In this document: positions 26,301 to 40,305 of the stretch, one piece after another
How the letters are laid out: each line of letters begins with the position of its first letter
How positions within the stretch are numbered: the first letter of the stretch is position 1
Source: Lama guanicoe
Taxonomy: Eukaryota
Direction of reading: 5' to 3'
Assembly: GCA_013239625.1 (NCBI GenBank)
Contig: MU056050.1
Span: 1,908,084-1,972,083 of the forward strand
Length of the DNA stretch: 64,000 bases
The notes under the pieces: generated by a model
What the model was told of the DNA's origin: nothing
The model's input: the letters and a program-made list of their open reading frames with translations, nothing else
Database searches by the model: none
Position numbers and translations under genes: made by a program

Positions 26301-26904
26301 CCTTCCACTAGTCATACCAGTCCAGTTAAGTTGTGGAAATAATAATAGTTTATATCCAAAAATAATATTTTATATAAAAACATTGAAAATGAATAAAGAA
26401 TAGAATTACCCAAGTCTGACTACAGAACCTCACTGGCAGTGATCAGGAGCTGAGCTATGTTTCTTCTCCCTGATCCTAGTACATACAAGCCATCAATCAT
26501 TCCATCAATGCCTAGGACTTGAAGTGGACCTCTGTTTATACAGCTTCTGTATAAAGAGAAATAAAGGTCCACTTCAGCACTTGGGCATTAATAAGGATTC
26601 ACTGAAATGGTCTATGGCCCATGTACAAAGATTAGTGAGAGAATGTGGTAGAACTCAGCTGCTGCTAATTGCTGAATGACCCTCATCTCTTCCCATGCAA
26701 AGGTTTGCTAAGTCACAAAGAGACACAAATGATATCACTGGAATTAAACAGTAGGCTCCTCTTGGGTCCAGACCCTAGGGATACTTTTGAAGCCAAGGGA
26801 AAGGATAAACTTCTTAGACCCTTAAGCGTTAGGTTCTGTACCAAGCATTTCTTCAAACAATACTTCACTTAATCCTTACAATCTCACCCTTAATAGGTTG
26901 TATA

Positions 26905-27300
26905 ACAATTAGGACTATCTTGATTTCAATGGATAGAAAAGCTAACTCAAACTCATCTTTAAAAAAAAGAGAATGTTTTAAAGGGAAAGGGACTTATGAT
27001 TCATATAAATGAAAAACTCCAGGGCAGAGCTTGATGTAGGGACTCAAATGACATTACCAGGACCTGATTCTCTCAGACTCTTGGTTTCAGTTGGGTTTAT
27101 TCTGAGACAGTCTCTCTCCTTACAATCATAAAACGACCACAGCAGCTCCAGACTCATATGACCTCAGCTTCACATCCAGTAGAAAACAGTTTCTCTTCCT
27201 CAAAAGACTTGGGTATGACTCTCATTAATCTGATTATCTATCTACCCAAGAACCCATCCATGTGATTAGGAGTATGATTGGCTGACATTCTAATATGATT
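26905..27300 (-). mobile_element. old MaLR LTR (MLT1J/K-like)
   Basis: 'aattaggactatcttgatttcaatggatagaaaagctaactcaaact..ggtttattctgagacagtctctc..cagcagctccagactcata'. Confidence 0.65.
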
Positions 27301-27565
27301 GGGAGTAAAAGCAGAAGGAAAGTGACTCTACCTATGGAAATTTGACATTCTTTTTTAATAGAAAATGGTAAACAGATGAGGAAATTGAGGCCTAGAGTGG
27401 TTAAGTGATTTCAGCAAGGTTTTACAACCAATGACTGGGCAAAGAAGAATTAGAATCTTAGTCTTAGTCTTGCTTAACACTAATGTCCACGTTCCTTTTA
27501 CCATACCACGCTATCTTAATAAATGCACCTTAATTGGACTTGTCAAAAAAACCTCAAAACCAGAA

Positions 27566-28188
27566 AGAAATAAGTGAGGGAGATTAAGAGGTACAAACTT
27601 CCATTTGCAAAATAAATGAGTTATAGGTATGGAATGCACAGTGTGGAGAATATAGTCAATAACTATGAAGTAACTTTACAGTGACAGATGGTAATTAGAC
27701 TTATGGCGATCAGCTTGAAATGTATAGAAATATCAAATCACTATGTAGTATAATAGAAACTAACAGTGCTGCAGGTCAATTATATTTTGAAAACCAACGA
27801 ACAAATAAAAAAAATCAAACTCATAGAAAAAGAGATCAGATTTGTGGTTACCAGAGGTAGAGTGGGAGGGAGAATTGGATGAATGTGGTCAAAAGATACA
27901 AACTTCCAGGTATACAATAACTAAGTACTAGGGATGTAATGTACAACATGATAAATATAATTAATACTACTGTATGTTATACATGAAAGTTGTTAAGAGA
28001 AAATCCTGAGTTCTTATCACAAAATATTTTTTTCTATTTCTTTAATTTTTTATCTATGAGATGATGGATGTCCACTAAACTTACTATAGAAATCATTTCA
28101 TGATGTATCTAAATAATTATACTGTACACTTTTGACTTATATAGTGCTGTATGTCAGTTATATCTCAATGAAACTGGAAGAAGAAAAG
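27566..28188 (+). mobile_element. L1 3' UTR fragment (L1MA-type) with TSD
   Basis: 'gaggtacaaacttcc', 'gtggttaccagagg', 'gtcagttatatctcaatgaaactggaag'; TSD aaacctcaaaaccagaa (27549-27565) / aaacctcaaaacctgaa (28189-28205). Confidence 0.9.
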
Positions 28189-28559
28189 AAACCTCAAAAC
28201 CTGAAGTTATATATGTGATACAGTCAGTCACTCTAATGGAAGAAAGCTCTAACATAGATTGTCCCAATCAGAGACAAATTTAGAAATCTTTTCTGTTTGA
28301 AGTGCTTCTTTTTTTAAGATCACTGTCAAAGGAGGTGTACCGTCCTATACTAAAGGAAGTTCTTGGAGTCCCTACTGAATGAACAGCAAGGGAAAGAATC
28401 TTAGACTATTTACTGAATGATGTTCAAGGATTTAAAACCAAATTTATCCATGCATGTGTCCTTTACTGTATATATTATTAGTTCTGAGTCTGGAAAAAAT
28501 GCACATACATGGACATTTTCTAAAGCAATTCCATTAGCTTATCATGTATAAAGAGTACA

Positions 28560-28735
28560 ACCCTAGAAGACAGAAATGAACTTGAACCAGTTTCACCACT
28601 TATGCTATAGAACGCTGAGCAAGCTTCAATCTCTTTGTCTGGAAAGCTGGTTTACACTTCATAAAGCTGCTGTGATATTTAGACGAGATAACATGTGTAA
28701 AGTGCCTGGAACATAGTAAGTGCTCAAGAAATAGA
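28560..28735 (+). mobile_element. MIR SINE
   Basis: 'gagataacatgtgtaaagtgcctggaacatagtaagtgctcaagaaat'. Confidence 0.75.
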
Positions 28736-30764
28736 AGTATAATGACTCACTCTTTTTCCCACTGGCTTATTCTCTAATTTTAGAAACAGGATGACTCATG
28801 CAGGTAGACCTTCCACAGGCAGTAATCCCTACACTAACTTGCTCTTAGTTTCTGTCCACATTTTTACCAAACAGGCAGTAATTTGTCAATAAAAACTTAT
28901 ATGCCCCAAGAAGTGCCCCCATTTTTAAGAACCTTGTGGTAAGTTCCTTTGCAAAATGAAAATTCCTCTTGTGAGGTAGTAATCAATCACTTAAATTACA
29001 TGCTTTCTATATTCATACATTTCTATGTTCAGACAAGTTGCACTTTCTTTAAATCCTGCATAAAGGGTTATCCTGCCTAACAATTTACAAACTCTTCTCT
29101 TTCAGAGAGACTTTTTAAACAGAAATGACTCCATTTTCTCAACCCTGTAATTTAAGGAAAATGTTCTAAATGCATTCTTACCACCTCTTTAAACAAAAAC
29201 CCACTATATGAGGGGGAAAGGCTATAGGTCTGAGATAAGGTCAGCCACTAATGTACTAAAGTCACAGAGACAGCCCAGAAAGGGCAAACAACTAAAGAAG
29301 GGATAAATATTGGTAATTAGAGCATCCCAGCTTTATGGCATTAATAATACTTAAGGGACACCAAGATTTACACACACAATTCAATGGTCTAGTTAAGGAA
29401 GAGTACAGCATTTAATCATGAGGGGGGGAGATGGACAAGATTCCCTAATACATTAGGATTGTGATTGCAGAGCACAGAGCCAAAATACATTTGAAAGTCA
29501 TTTCTTTCCATTTCATTACAGTTTACAAAATCCATGCCTAATTTTAGACATTAGCACTCCAGGCTAGATGTATAATAGCCTCTCTCTAATCCTATGAGCC
29601 ATTACAACACAGTTTATAGTATCATCCGTAAGAGCCTGGTGGAACCACATTCTGATTATGAAATACAGGGCTATAAAGAAGATGGGGGTCTGGGGAAGGC
29701 TGCCAACAAGCTAAACTGAGAAAGCAGCACTGAAATATCACATTAATTGAAAGTCCATGACAGAAAAGACACTAATTTATACAACTGAGACATTGTCATG
29801 ACCTGTATGGGGGAGGGCACTAAAAATGAATTTAAATCGTTAATGACCAAAAGAGGGATGGTGAAGTGATTTTTTTAGACCTTTGATCAGATAATAAAAC
29901 ATTAGAAAACAAATCTCATTGAAAAAATAGGATATCGATAATAGTGAAGGCTCTCGGACTCCTTAACAGCTACATTTTTCTGATAAGTAAGTGCAATTAA
30001 AAAAAATTGTGTCATTGTGTCAGGAGTTTTAAAATTCAGTTGGAATAGCAGAATAGTCCCTCCAAATAACTGAAGCATCAACAATAGAGGGAAACCAACC
30101 AGAAAAAGATCAATTCAGTGACCACTAAAAAGAAAAAAAAAACACAAAGAGTGATGAAAAATTATCTTCCAAAGTAAACTTGCTAATACTAAAAAACATA
30201 ATCGTCGATTTGGAATACACTAACTTGGAATTCTTGAGAAGCTGGGCAGAAATAAAGTTATATATTGATATCATAGTAATTTTAAAACATATTCGTGAGC
30301 TAACTACGGAAGAAATAGGACAGAGTAGCATGTTGAACTGACTTATAAAAATTATACACCACAGCAGCACTAACTGTAATCAAATAATTGGCATTCTATT
30401 TATAAGTAATTCTTATATTTATTAAAGTAGGCTTAGCAGGATTTCTACTTGATGACATTATAAACGTACTGTTTCTTCTTACAAATAACACAATGTACCT
30501 TTTTAAAACATAATTTTCAATTCACTTCAATGGCCCTGATAATTGTTCCTGGCATATGAAGAAGCAGAACAAGTAGATGAAAGACAATACCATGAAAAAC
30601 TGAGTGCAAAAGATATATTAAAATGTCAGTAAGAAGACTAGATGATGAAATTGCAGGTGATTTTTTTCCTTTGTGCCTCTCTTTATGTTCTGGAGTTTCT
30701 ATAATGAGCTTGCATTAGCACCGTAATCAGAAGGAAAGGGTTTAATTAGTTATTTCACATTGGC

Positions 30765-31350
30765 TTTCCCCTTTCAGTCCAGTCTACACAAGCTGTTAGA
30801 TGAGTCTCCCTGAAAAATCATGTCACACCCTGTTAAATAAACAAATAAATAAATGTTTCAAAAATCTTCAGTGCCATCCCAACACTGCCTACAGAGTTAA
30901 ATACAAATGCCTCAGTTTGGCACGGAAGTCCCTCCTCATATGATTCCAAATTCTCTTTACAGTCTTATGTCCCACCACTCCCTACAGGAACCCTGCATTA
31001 CAGACAAACAGCCCCTGTGTGTTTCCATCACAGGTTTTTGCTCTTACTCCATTTGCTTAGAGGACATTCGGTGCATCCTTGCGTATTAAATCACACCTAC
31101 TCTCCAAAGCCCATCTCAAGCACCACAACCTCCAGAAAACCTTCTCTGATGTTCCCAGTTACATGTGCTCTCTTCCTCCTTCAAATCACTATACCATTTT
31201 GTTCATCTCTCTATTATAGCATTCCTCATATCTTACCTTATTATAATTACTTGTATAATTATCTTCTCCCCAGCCAATGTCGGGAGAGCCCAAAGGAAAG
31301 GACTTGATCTTACTCGTATTACCCACAGGGCCAAGCAGAATGCTTTTGTA
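30765..31350 (+). mobile_element. L2 3' fragment
   Basis: 'catgtcacaccctgtt..aaaatcttcagtgccatccc..caccacaacctccagaaaaccttctctga'. Confidence 0.65.
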
Positions 31351-33444
31351 AAATTAAACAATATTGGTTCAATTAAATTAAATCCATTGCTGTTGCAACA
31401 AACATATTGTTAGGCTAAATTACAAGGAGCCTACATCAAATATCTTGGGTCAATAAAGCAAGGTGAGAACTGTAAAAAAAATAAGAAGCTAATCTAAGAC
31501 AAGTTCAGAGAAGTAAAATGATGTCCCACCTCTGACTTGTAGTTATCCACAGGGCCATGATAAGAACTTGCCACATACTTATCTGTTCTCAAGGCAAGCC
31601 TGTGAGTGTAAAAAAACTGAAAAAAAATAATGCGAACAATCTCCCAACCTAAGATTCGAGAACAGAAGTTTTCACAAATTTTTGCTGTCTTGAAAGAAGG
31701 GAAGAGAAGGGAAGGAAAGGAGTTTCTGTGGCCAAGAAAACTGAATTAAGAAGAAAGGGAACGTGAAGTCTGAAAAGAAAAAAAAAAAAGAAAGGGAAAG
31801 GAAGGAACAGCTGGTGCCTTATTCATATTTTCAGAACTCCCAGTCCTGAGCACGAAGTCTATCACATAAGTACTTAATTAATGTGTTAAACTAAGCTGAA
31901 CTCCTACACTGACAAAAACTAAAGCATATTAAGAGAAACAATTGTTCAAATACCTTTGCTGGAACAAGTGTTTACTATTCTTTGTATTTGGCATTTACTT
32001 AACATTTAGTATCTGCCATTATTATTCATGTGGCTCCATCATTTTATAGATGGCTACCTGTTCATTTGTGTAAAACCAACCAAAACCCTTAAAACCCAAG
32101 GAATGAATCAGGCCTAAGACTCCACCTCTCAATTAAATTTTCTCTGGGCAGGCTCTTCTCAAAGCCATCAGTCTCAAAGCCTGATTTCCCTCACGCATTT
32201 CTTCTTTAAGTAATAGGGTTTTAACACTGATTCCAGAGCCAAAACAAGTATCTGCAATCAAAGCCAGAGAAGGAATCATTCTGCACGCCTGTGAAAGTGT
32301 GTGAGTTTTTAAAGTGGTTCATAATTTTTAATGAATTTTTTGAATAATGAAAAGGAAAAGGTGATTTTTCTCTCTAATGAAAAGAGGAAAAATATTATTT
32401 TCTGTAGCAAGGTATGAAATGACTCAACAGACCCAAAGTGACATGTAGAACATGATTGGGTTACGAATCTCAGAAGATGAATTCAGTTCTTTGAGTATAG
32501 GGAGCCAAATACTTCAGTCCAAAGCTCTTCACACCTGTCTTCAGAAGCCAACATTTACACTTCACCATAAAAAGTACTTTTGTGCCACAAGTAACTGAGC
32601 TTGAAATCAGACAAACAGCATTATGGCTTATGTATCAGACGTGTAAAACAAATTAGCTTTCTTGATTTATCACAGACAAAAAGTGATAGTTTTTGAAAAC
32701 CAGACTGCTGAAAACTGACCTTTCAGTCTACAAACATACCATTTAATTTACAAGAGAAGTAAACCCTTTTGAATTGTATTTACTCAGTTACTTTAATAAA
32801 GGTTAAATCTTTCAAAAACAATTGTAAATGTGGCATTTAGCTTCTCATATTTTCCAAAGCATTACTTGAATCTTGAGATTCAAAAGAAACAACTAAGAAA
32901 ATAACAACAAAGCAACACTGGGGTTCCCCCCAGAGTGAAATGAAATGCACAATCTCCAGATTAAAATCTCAGATTTAAAATTTTACATGTCGAAGACTCA
33001 CTTGCCTCATTGGATTTCAGGAAATGTCATTAACATCTCCTTTGGGGAAAAGATGGCCGATACATTCATTAATTCATTCATAAAGCAAAGCTTATTACTG
33101 ATACACACTGGTATTCGTTACTGAAAGCTGATGATTATTAAAATGCAGAAGCACCATCGGGTAATGAAAAATACAGTAATTAAAATCGAGGAGGTGAAAT
33201 TTCACACTAAAAATCAGGAACATTTTATTTTACTCATAGTTCTACACAAAAGATGTCAAATGTATTATTGTTAAATCACTATATTTTCAAGTATTCAGCT
33301 TTTTACTAATGCAAGAAACATTTATCATGCATCTATTGCATGTATAGTAAGTACCCTTCTACAAAATGAGTTGCACTTCTAATATCATTACATGGGATTT
33401 AAATTGTCTGCATATAACAAAATCTGCTTAAGGATACATCTCAT

Positions 33445-33665
33445 GACGAAAAGAATGTGGACCTCGGAGACAGACACACTTGAGTTCCAATCTTCGCTCT
33501 GCCATTTACTAGCTGTGTGACTTTAGACAAGTTACTTAGCCTCTCTGAGCCTCAGCTGCCTTATTTCTAAAATGAAAATAAGAATTCATACCCAACTAGG
33601 TTGCTGAAGCAATGATGTAGGTAAACAGTACATAGCCTAGCACTTTTAAATGTTCAATAGATGTT
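33445..33665 (+). mobile_element. MIR SINE
   Basis: 'ctctgccatttactagctgtgtgactttagacaagttacttagcctctctgagcctcag' is close to the MIR consensus. Confidence 0.9.
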
Positions 33666-36129
33666 AGGGTTCTTTTTTTCCTTCCATACCTGTACAAAGT
33701 AAGCAAATCAAATCTGTGTGATTAAACTAGGTAAAAAGAATTAAAACAGTTGAATTCAGTGGAAAAATAAAACCGGAGTATGTCATTTGGATTCTCTAAT
33801 ATGTAAGTTTACTTCTATTCCCATAGAAAACTATTAAAATATATAGGAACTTTGAATGCCTGCTGATTCCTTCAGAACCAATGGCAAGATTCCATGACAA
33901 CTGGATAATTACCAATAATCATGTTCTGGAATGCCTATAAGAAGCTCACTCAATGTCACTGCCTAAATTGGGTAAACTTTCTTCATTTCTGGGAAGACAT
34001 CAACATTAGCCAATTTATGTCTGCACATAAAGCTGTCCCAGGTCCCTTTTGGAATAACTGTCTATAGGTAGCCAGGTTTTTATTCTGGGTTGTCCATGGT
34101 ATTATCTCAGACATATATAGTAGGAAACCAGGTGTGAAAATTATCTAGTGATCCCAGTACCTCTGCTTTTGATCTAGAGACCTTTGACTATCCAATCAGC
34201 TCTATGGATTTACAAATGCTTTCAGATAGCACAGTGCCATCAGTCTCTAATACATACAACCATTTATATTGTTAGATGACCCCTAGACTGTGGAATTTGC
34301 CTGCTTACTCCATGGCTTAAGTTGGCCTTTCTGGACTTGATCTTATTTCTCCATTGATTTATGATACCTGTCAGCCTCTACTATTTGGCTATTCTCAGCA
34401 TCTAAGTCTCTCCTGGTCAGCCCCAGTTCCAAATTCTGACAATCCTATCCTGGTTTCTTCTATATTCATATTCTTTAAACTACTATAACTCCAAAACAAT
34501 TCCAAGGGTTTTCAGAATAGATTACACCTCATAAATGTATTGTGGGGGTGGGTAGGTAAGTATACATTTGGTCATCAAAGAGAGCATATTAAAGAATGAA
34601 GTAAAAAATTTGGCCTAACAGAATTAACAGAGAATTGGATGGCTCAATATATTACTGTCAGATTAATACTAATCTTATCATGATTTACTAACATAAAGGC
34701 AGCTTAGAAGAATAAATATTGCACTAAATTTTAATGTAATACTAATACCTAACTCTCAAGTTATATTCTCTAAGAATTTGTATGGATTTTCAAAATAACA
34801 GTCATGAAAACAGCTAAAGCTCTCTTTGGCTTGGTTAGGCCCAGTGCCCCCAAATCTCTCCCATGTGAGAGTCAGTGAGAGAAGTGTATATTGTTCATTA
34901 ATAAACTTCCCAGAAGACCAGCAGTAAGCAAGGAACTATAGACTGGCCCCAGGTTAGCATCAGAACCCCTTGATAACACACCAGACATCTTCTCTGAGAA
35001 TTGTTTCCTGAGTCTTTCTTCAAATGAGTATTAAGAACCACTCCCCACCTTTCAGCTATCCACAGTGTAGCATCTTATTACACTTACCCTACTCTTAAAC
35101 TTAGCCACTAATCACCCTCACGGTTATCAGTTAGGTGGAATTCAGAAGTCATAAAATGTAGTTCTGATAAAAATTAAGGTCAAGTGCTGTCCTCAGATAT
35201 GTTTGTTTATTCTGCACAGTATTGTTCTAAACTGTGTTTGTGAACACTCTTCTATGGATAGGTGCTCTCTGGTCTGTACAGTTGCCACAACTTCCTATAG
35301 TAGAGCCAGCCAACATCCAACATCACCTTATCTATTAGCCCAGTATTTTATTTTACCAGGGCCTGATGCTGGCTACTTTGCTGTTGGTTACTCTGACTAC
35401 AGACTTTGTCGCAGTCTCATTCCTAATGTAGCCTCAGGGCAATCACAGAACCTTCTAACTAAACTAAACCCCAGTGATTTCATCCCCATGGGCTCCATGT
35501 TCCTATTGCTATTGGTCTTCATTGCTCAATGCCTCCCTATATTTCAACACATAGTAAGCAGAAGAAAGCAATGAATGAAACAGATCTCCTAAGAAAACTA
35601 ATGAGCATATTATTATTAGGAGTCCACCCAGGCCAGAGTCACATACCAGATGTCAGGCAACACCAGGAAGACTGGTATGCCCCAATCATCAGTTTTAGGG
35701 GGCAAGGTCAAGGTAAGAACCATTGATGGTTGGAACACTTAACTTGAGCAGCCACAGAGAGTCAGGCAAAGAGAGTAAATCAAAAGTCACACTCACATTT
35801 GGTACTCAGGGGAGATTCAGAGAAGTAATCTGAGCATAAGGAGAACTTTAAACTAACAAAAAGGGGTACTGGGCTTGAAAATACGTGAGACAAGCTGTAG
35901 TCTTGAATTATCTTATTCATGTAAATGTCTTATTTTGAGTTAATTAAAACTCTCTACAAAACAACATTAACGTATCTTCTTTCCTGTCACATAATTGATT
36001 CAACATTCTGATGAAAACTCAATGCCTCTTAGAAGACTCTCAGCACTTAGCTCAAAGTTATCCAACACAGCAAGTTAGATATCTTCTTACCCCTCCAAAG
36101 CCACTCTCTATGCTTCTCCACTTTGCCCT

Positions 36130-36485
36130 CTGAAACAGGAGGGGTCCTCGCCCTCTGGCTTTCAGCATTTATTCCCCTGGCTCCCTCCCTGCTGGGTCAC
36201 CTTGGCCTGGTTGTGTCCCTCAACAGAAGGTCACTGTTCCTCTCAGCATGGCCTCCTCTACTCCTCTCTCTCCTTCAGGTTCCAGTACATACTCCTCCCT
36301 CTCGGCTTTTGGGCCTAAGAGTGGCAACAACTCTACAACTACTAATCCCTCCTTGCTGACGAGCCCTTACAGTTCCATACACCCCGTCCACACCTTTTAG
36401 TTAGTCCCTTTGTAAATAAACCCTCCTCAAATTATCCTAATATATATATGCCCTCTCTTCTCTATGGGACCCTGACAAATATACA
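36130..36485 (+). mobile_element. ERVL solo LTR fragment (LTR33-like)
   Basis: 3' end 'aaataaaccctcctcaaattatcc..gggaccctgacaaatataca' with AATAAA resembles the LTR33 family. Confidence 0.7.
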
Positions 36486-38351
36486 GGTGCTCCAAAAATA
36501 TTTATAAATTAATGAATGAATCTCCTCAAATGAATCCAGAAAATCCTTACCATTTAATCACACCTCTCTGTGCTGATTTACAGTTGTCTTGAATGCCCCA
36601 GTGGAACATAAACAGCTTGAGGACAAGGGATGGGTAAAGCCAATATCAGATAATAAATCTACATGTTAAGGTTGGGCAGAGACTTCAGGGCATATACCCT
36701 GAAATTCAATGTGGCAGACCAAGCAGGATATCTAAAGGATGGGCAATAGGTAATGAGCAGTAATCCACATCAACAAGTTGGTATCAGAGGGCCCAATACC
36801 AAAGTGACAGCTGTCTCCTGATTGGTATTTCATTTATTAATTCACTTATTCATTCATCATTTATTCAATTTTTCACCTATTGTACAAACTTGGAAAATTG
36901 AGGTGACTGAGACATAGTTCTTGTCCTCAAATTTTTTAAGATGGAAAATGGCAACAGAAAATCCAAGAAAGGCTGGTATTTGGATATTCCTTGAAGCTGG
37001 CTTTTAATTGACATGTTAGCAGCTAGTAGGACCCAGACACTGGTCTGGAATTCAGGGAGTTTTCACAATGTGGTGGGAGGGGCAGTAGTGCTGACAAAAT
37101 CAAGACAGGGGTCAATCTTGGGGGAATGAGAATGTTGGGCAGGCTACCAAGGTAAGGTCTCAAGCACAGGAAACAAGACATTAATCAGAGCCAAGATACA
37201 AAGTAAGGACTGGCTCTCCGAATAAAACAGTTGGCCAATTATCAGAATGGAAGGGAAAGGTCAGGGCTAGCCTGGCAATAAAGAGAATTGAGGATGAGTA
37301 CGAGAATATTGGTCTGGAACTGCTGAAAGAATCTGACAGGGAAACAGCCTAGAGTCAAAATGAATGGTGCCCTGATGAAAGTGGGAGAGGGAAGAAGACA
37401 GCCACCACAGGAAAGAAAAGAGGGATGCAAAAGCTCACCAGTTAGCATCAGGTCCATGTGGATGACTGACTGGCTGGTAACGTGTCTCTTACAGGGATGT
37501 GAGAACAGGTGAGATAGCTACAAAACGCCTTCTTTCCTTGGAGTGCAGTACTTTTTCAGATCAGAAGCGTATCATCAACTTAATAAAGAGAATTCAAATA
37601 CCATACCTTCATTTAGTCATAGCATTTCCAGAGTTAATGCAAGCTTCTAGCATTTATTGTCATAAATGTCCTTGAAAACTGTACATTTCTCTTTTCAAAA
37701 CCAAATCACTTTATATCCACTGTGGGGACTTGCTATTTAAGTAAACCATGAAGTTAAACCTTTTGTAAAGTTGAGAATCTCTCACATTATGTGAATAACT
37801 TCCCCCCTGATTATGTTTGTAATTTGTGTATTAGATCCCCTTAAAGTGGGAACCTTTCAGGAGGAGAGGTAATGTTGAACTGAGGCATGGCATGAGAGTC
37901 CAACATGCCCTACACTGCCAGGCTCAGGAGGTGACATTTAGAGGGCAGTGATTCAAGGTTACTTTTACTGCCTCAGAGTCCAAGCAAGAGTGACACAACT
38001 TCGAGGACAAATTCATAGATGCTTGAAAGCAAAACAAGGTCTTTCAAACCCAGAGCAACACAGGCAACAGAAAGACTGAGACCAGGGAGCATGGGGATTG
38101 GAGAAGATGCCATCAGAGAAGTAGCTGTAACATCCATTTGGAACATGAAGGAGAGCTAAGTGACCCAGAGTGAGGCCAGGCCCAAGACCAGTGTTGGAAT
38201 CATGAACAGAAGCCACCTCTGTCAAGCTGAGTTGGTGCTTGAATTGGAACCAAAAAATGGGTAACAAATTAAGAACATACACAACAGAAGAGGCCTTAGA
38301 GACAGAGAACCATAATCAAGACTAATAAAAGTCTGGAAAATTGGGAAAATG

Positions 38352-38450
38352 TAGGGTGACCAACTATCCCTCTTTGCATGGCATTGAGGGGTTTTGTGGA
38401 AGGTAGGACTTGCAGTGCTAAGACAGGGTAAACTGTGATGGTTGGCCCTG
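38352..38450. mobile_element. MER81-like hAT-Blackjack MITE
   Basis: starts tagggtgaccaact; 'gaggggtttt..ggacttgcagtgctaagacaggg..ggttggccctg'. Confidence 0.75.
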
Positions 38451-38548
38451 GGCAGTAGTTAATCAAGTCAGGTGGATTTAAAGACGTGAGGCACACTTAA
38501 TATAGTCATCCCTAAAATCTCTAAATATTGTTTGATTACTACTCCTAG

Positions 38549-39035
38549 TGCATTTGTTTCCTATTACTGCTATAACAAAATACCACAATTTACTGGCTTG
38601 AAACAACACAGATTTATCAACTTACAATTCTAGAAGACAAAAGTCAGAAATGGGTTATCACTGGGCTGAAATCAAGGTTGCAGCAGGGCTACCCTCCCTC
38701 CAGAGATTCTAGGCAGGATTCATTTCCTTGCTTTCTCCAGCTTCTAGAGCTGCATTGCTTATGTGCCTTGGCTTGTGGTCCCTTCTTCCAGCTTTAAAGC
38801 CAGCAGTGCAGCATCTTCAAGTTTCTCTACTTTTATCTTCTTACTGCCATTTGTCTAACTCTGGCTCCTCCTACATCTCTCTAGTAAAGTCTTTGTGCTT
38901 ACATTGGGCCCTCCTAAATAATCCAGGATCATCTGCCCATCTTCAGATCCTTAACTTGATTGCGTTTGCAAAGCCTCTATATGGTTAACAGTCACAGGTT
39001 CTGGGGATTAGAGTATGGACATATTTGGGAGACCA
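38549..39035 (-). mobile_element. MaLR solo LTR (MLT1C/D-like)
   Basis: 'gtttcctattactgctataacaaaataccaca..ggcttgaaacaacacagattta..ataatccaggat..ctggggattagagtatggacatatttggg'. Confidence 0.88.
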
Positions 39036-40094
39036 AAGGATCAGTTTAGGGGCTAGGGTGGCAAGCTTGCCAGAGATATAGGATGGTAGTGAGAGCTGAA
39101 TTAGCATGGTTCAGTTCTCTTTCACCTCTACCCAACTTTGCCCAGATTCCCCAACACTGATGACTCTTAGGTGTGAAGAGAGAGAGAGTCAAGTGAAGTG
39201 GGAGGATGGACAGAAGAGGAGCTCAAGGGGCTCTAAGATCTAGCCACACTCACCAGTCTCGAAACATGCCTATCACAGCTCACGTTCAAGTTTTTCTTCA
39301 ATTCTTTACTAAGATTATGTGTGTACAGTGTTTTCTAGTGCAGTCAGTATTTTAATTATTTTTTAACAATCCTCACAACAGTCCTGCCAAGTACTTAGTA
39401 TTACCCAGATCTTGCAGGTGGGAAAACTAAGACTTAAAAGTCAAGCAGTTAGTCAAGGTCACATAGCTCCAAAGTATAGAACCAGCACTCAAAGAAGAAA
39501 GTGAAGAGAAAATCCTTGAAAGACCTGGAATGGAATTTCCTATGCTTTTCCCCCAAAAAATGATGGCAGAGAAGATATACTTGCTAGTGGGTGGGCACAA
39601 GGGCCACACAACAAACAATAGACCAAAAAAAAATGGAGGGCAGGAATAGTTGTTTCCTATTCTAATGGGCCCAATCAAAAGGGGCTTGGAACCTAGCACT
39701 TAATTTGTTCATTTCTCACATGTGGAAGACTAATAATATATTATTCAGCCTAAGTTACAGGAAAGTATAGGAAACTGTCTTCAAAAAATTCAGTATGGAC
39801 ACCAAATTCTTGCTAGCAAATTAGTTACCTTGCTTTTTGAGGGGCCAATAAACAGTACATATGCACACAGCTACTCCACAAAGACAAATATTCTCTAATA
39901 TGGAAAGAAGGCAAATGATGATGAATGGCTCAAAGGATATGAGGTATGACTATGTGAAGTGAATGACAGTCTGGTTGTACTGAATCTGCATAAATCGGAA
40001 ATACATCCCAGGGGTCTGTTAGCATCATAAGACTGGAAGGTTTTCATTATTTGTGTTCCAGTAAGGAATTAATTCATCTGAGCTTCTACCTGCA

Positions 40095-40305
40095 TTTCAG
40101 GCACTGAGGCACTGTATTAAGCTTTTAATGTTAACTCATTTAATCCTCCCAGAAGTTGTGCAAGGCCCAGGTGTTATTATTCCTATTTGAAAAATGAGAA
40201 GTAGGTGAAGAAAGGTTTAATAGCTCACCTAAACATCACATGATTAATAAGTGATAGAACCAGAAGTTAAGCCCAGGTCTTTTACCTCAAAGTCCTATGT
40301 CCTTC
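40095..40305 (-). mobile_element. MIR SINE
   Basis: 'ttaactcatttaatcctccc..ttattattcctatttgaaaaatgagaag..aggtttaatagctcaccta'. Confidence 0.75.

Noticed and set aside
29830..30470. Slight CpG excess and a strong minus-strand acceptor at 30125
   Set aside because: About 8 CpGs in 640 bp is only marginally above background, all frames after the acceptor stop quickly, and no transposase or exon could be supported.
35203..35574. 123-aa plus-strand ORF
   Set aside because: Non-ATG start, no recognisable domain, and the 3' end overlaps an L2-like tail.
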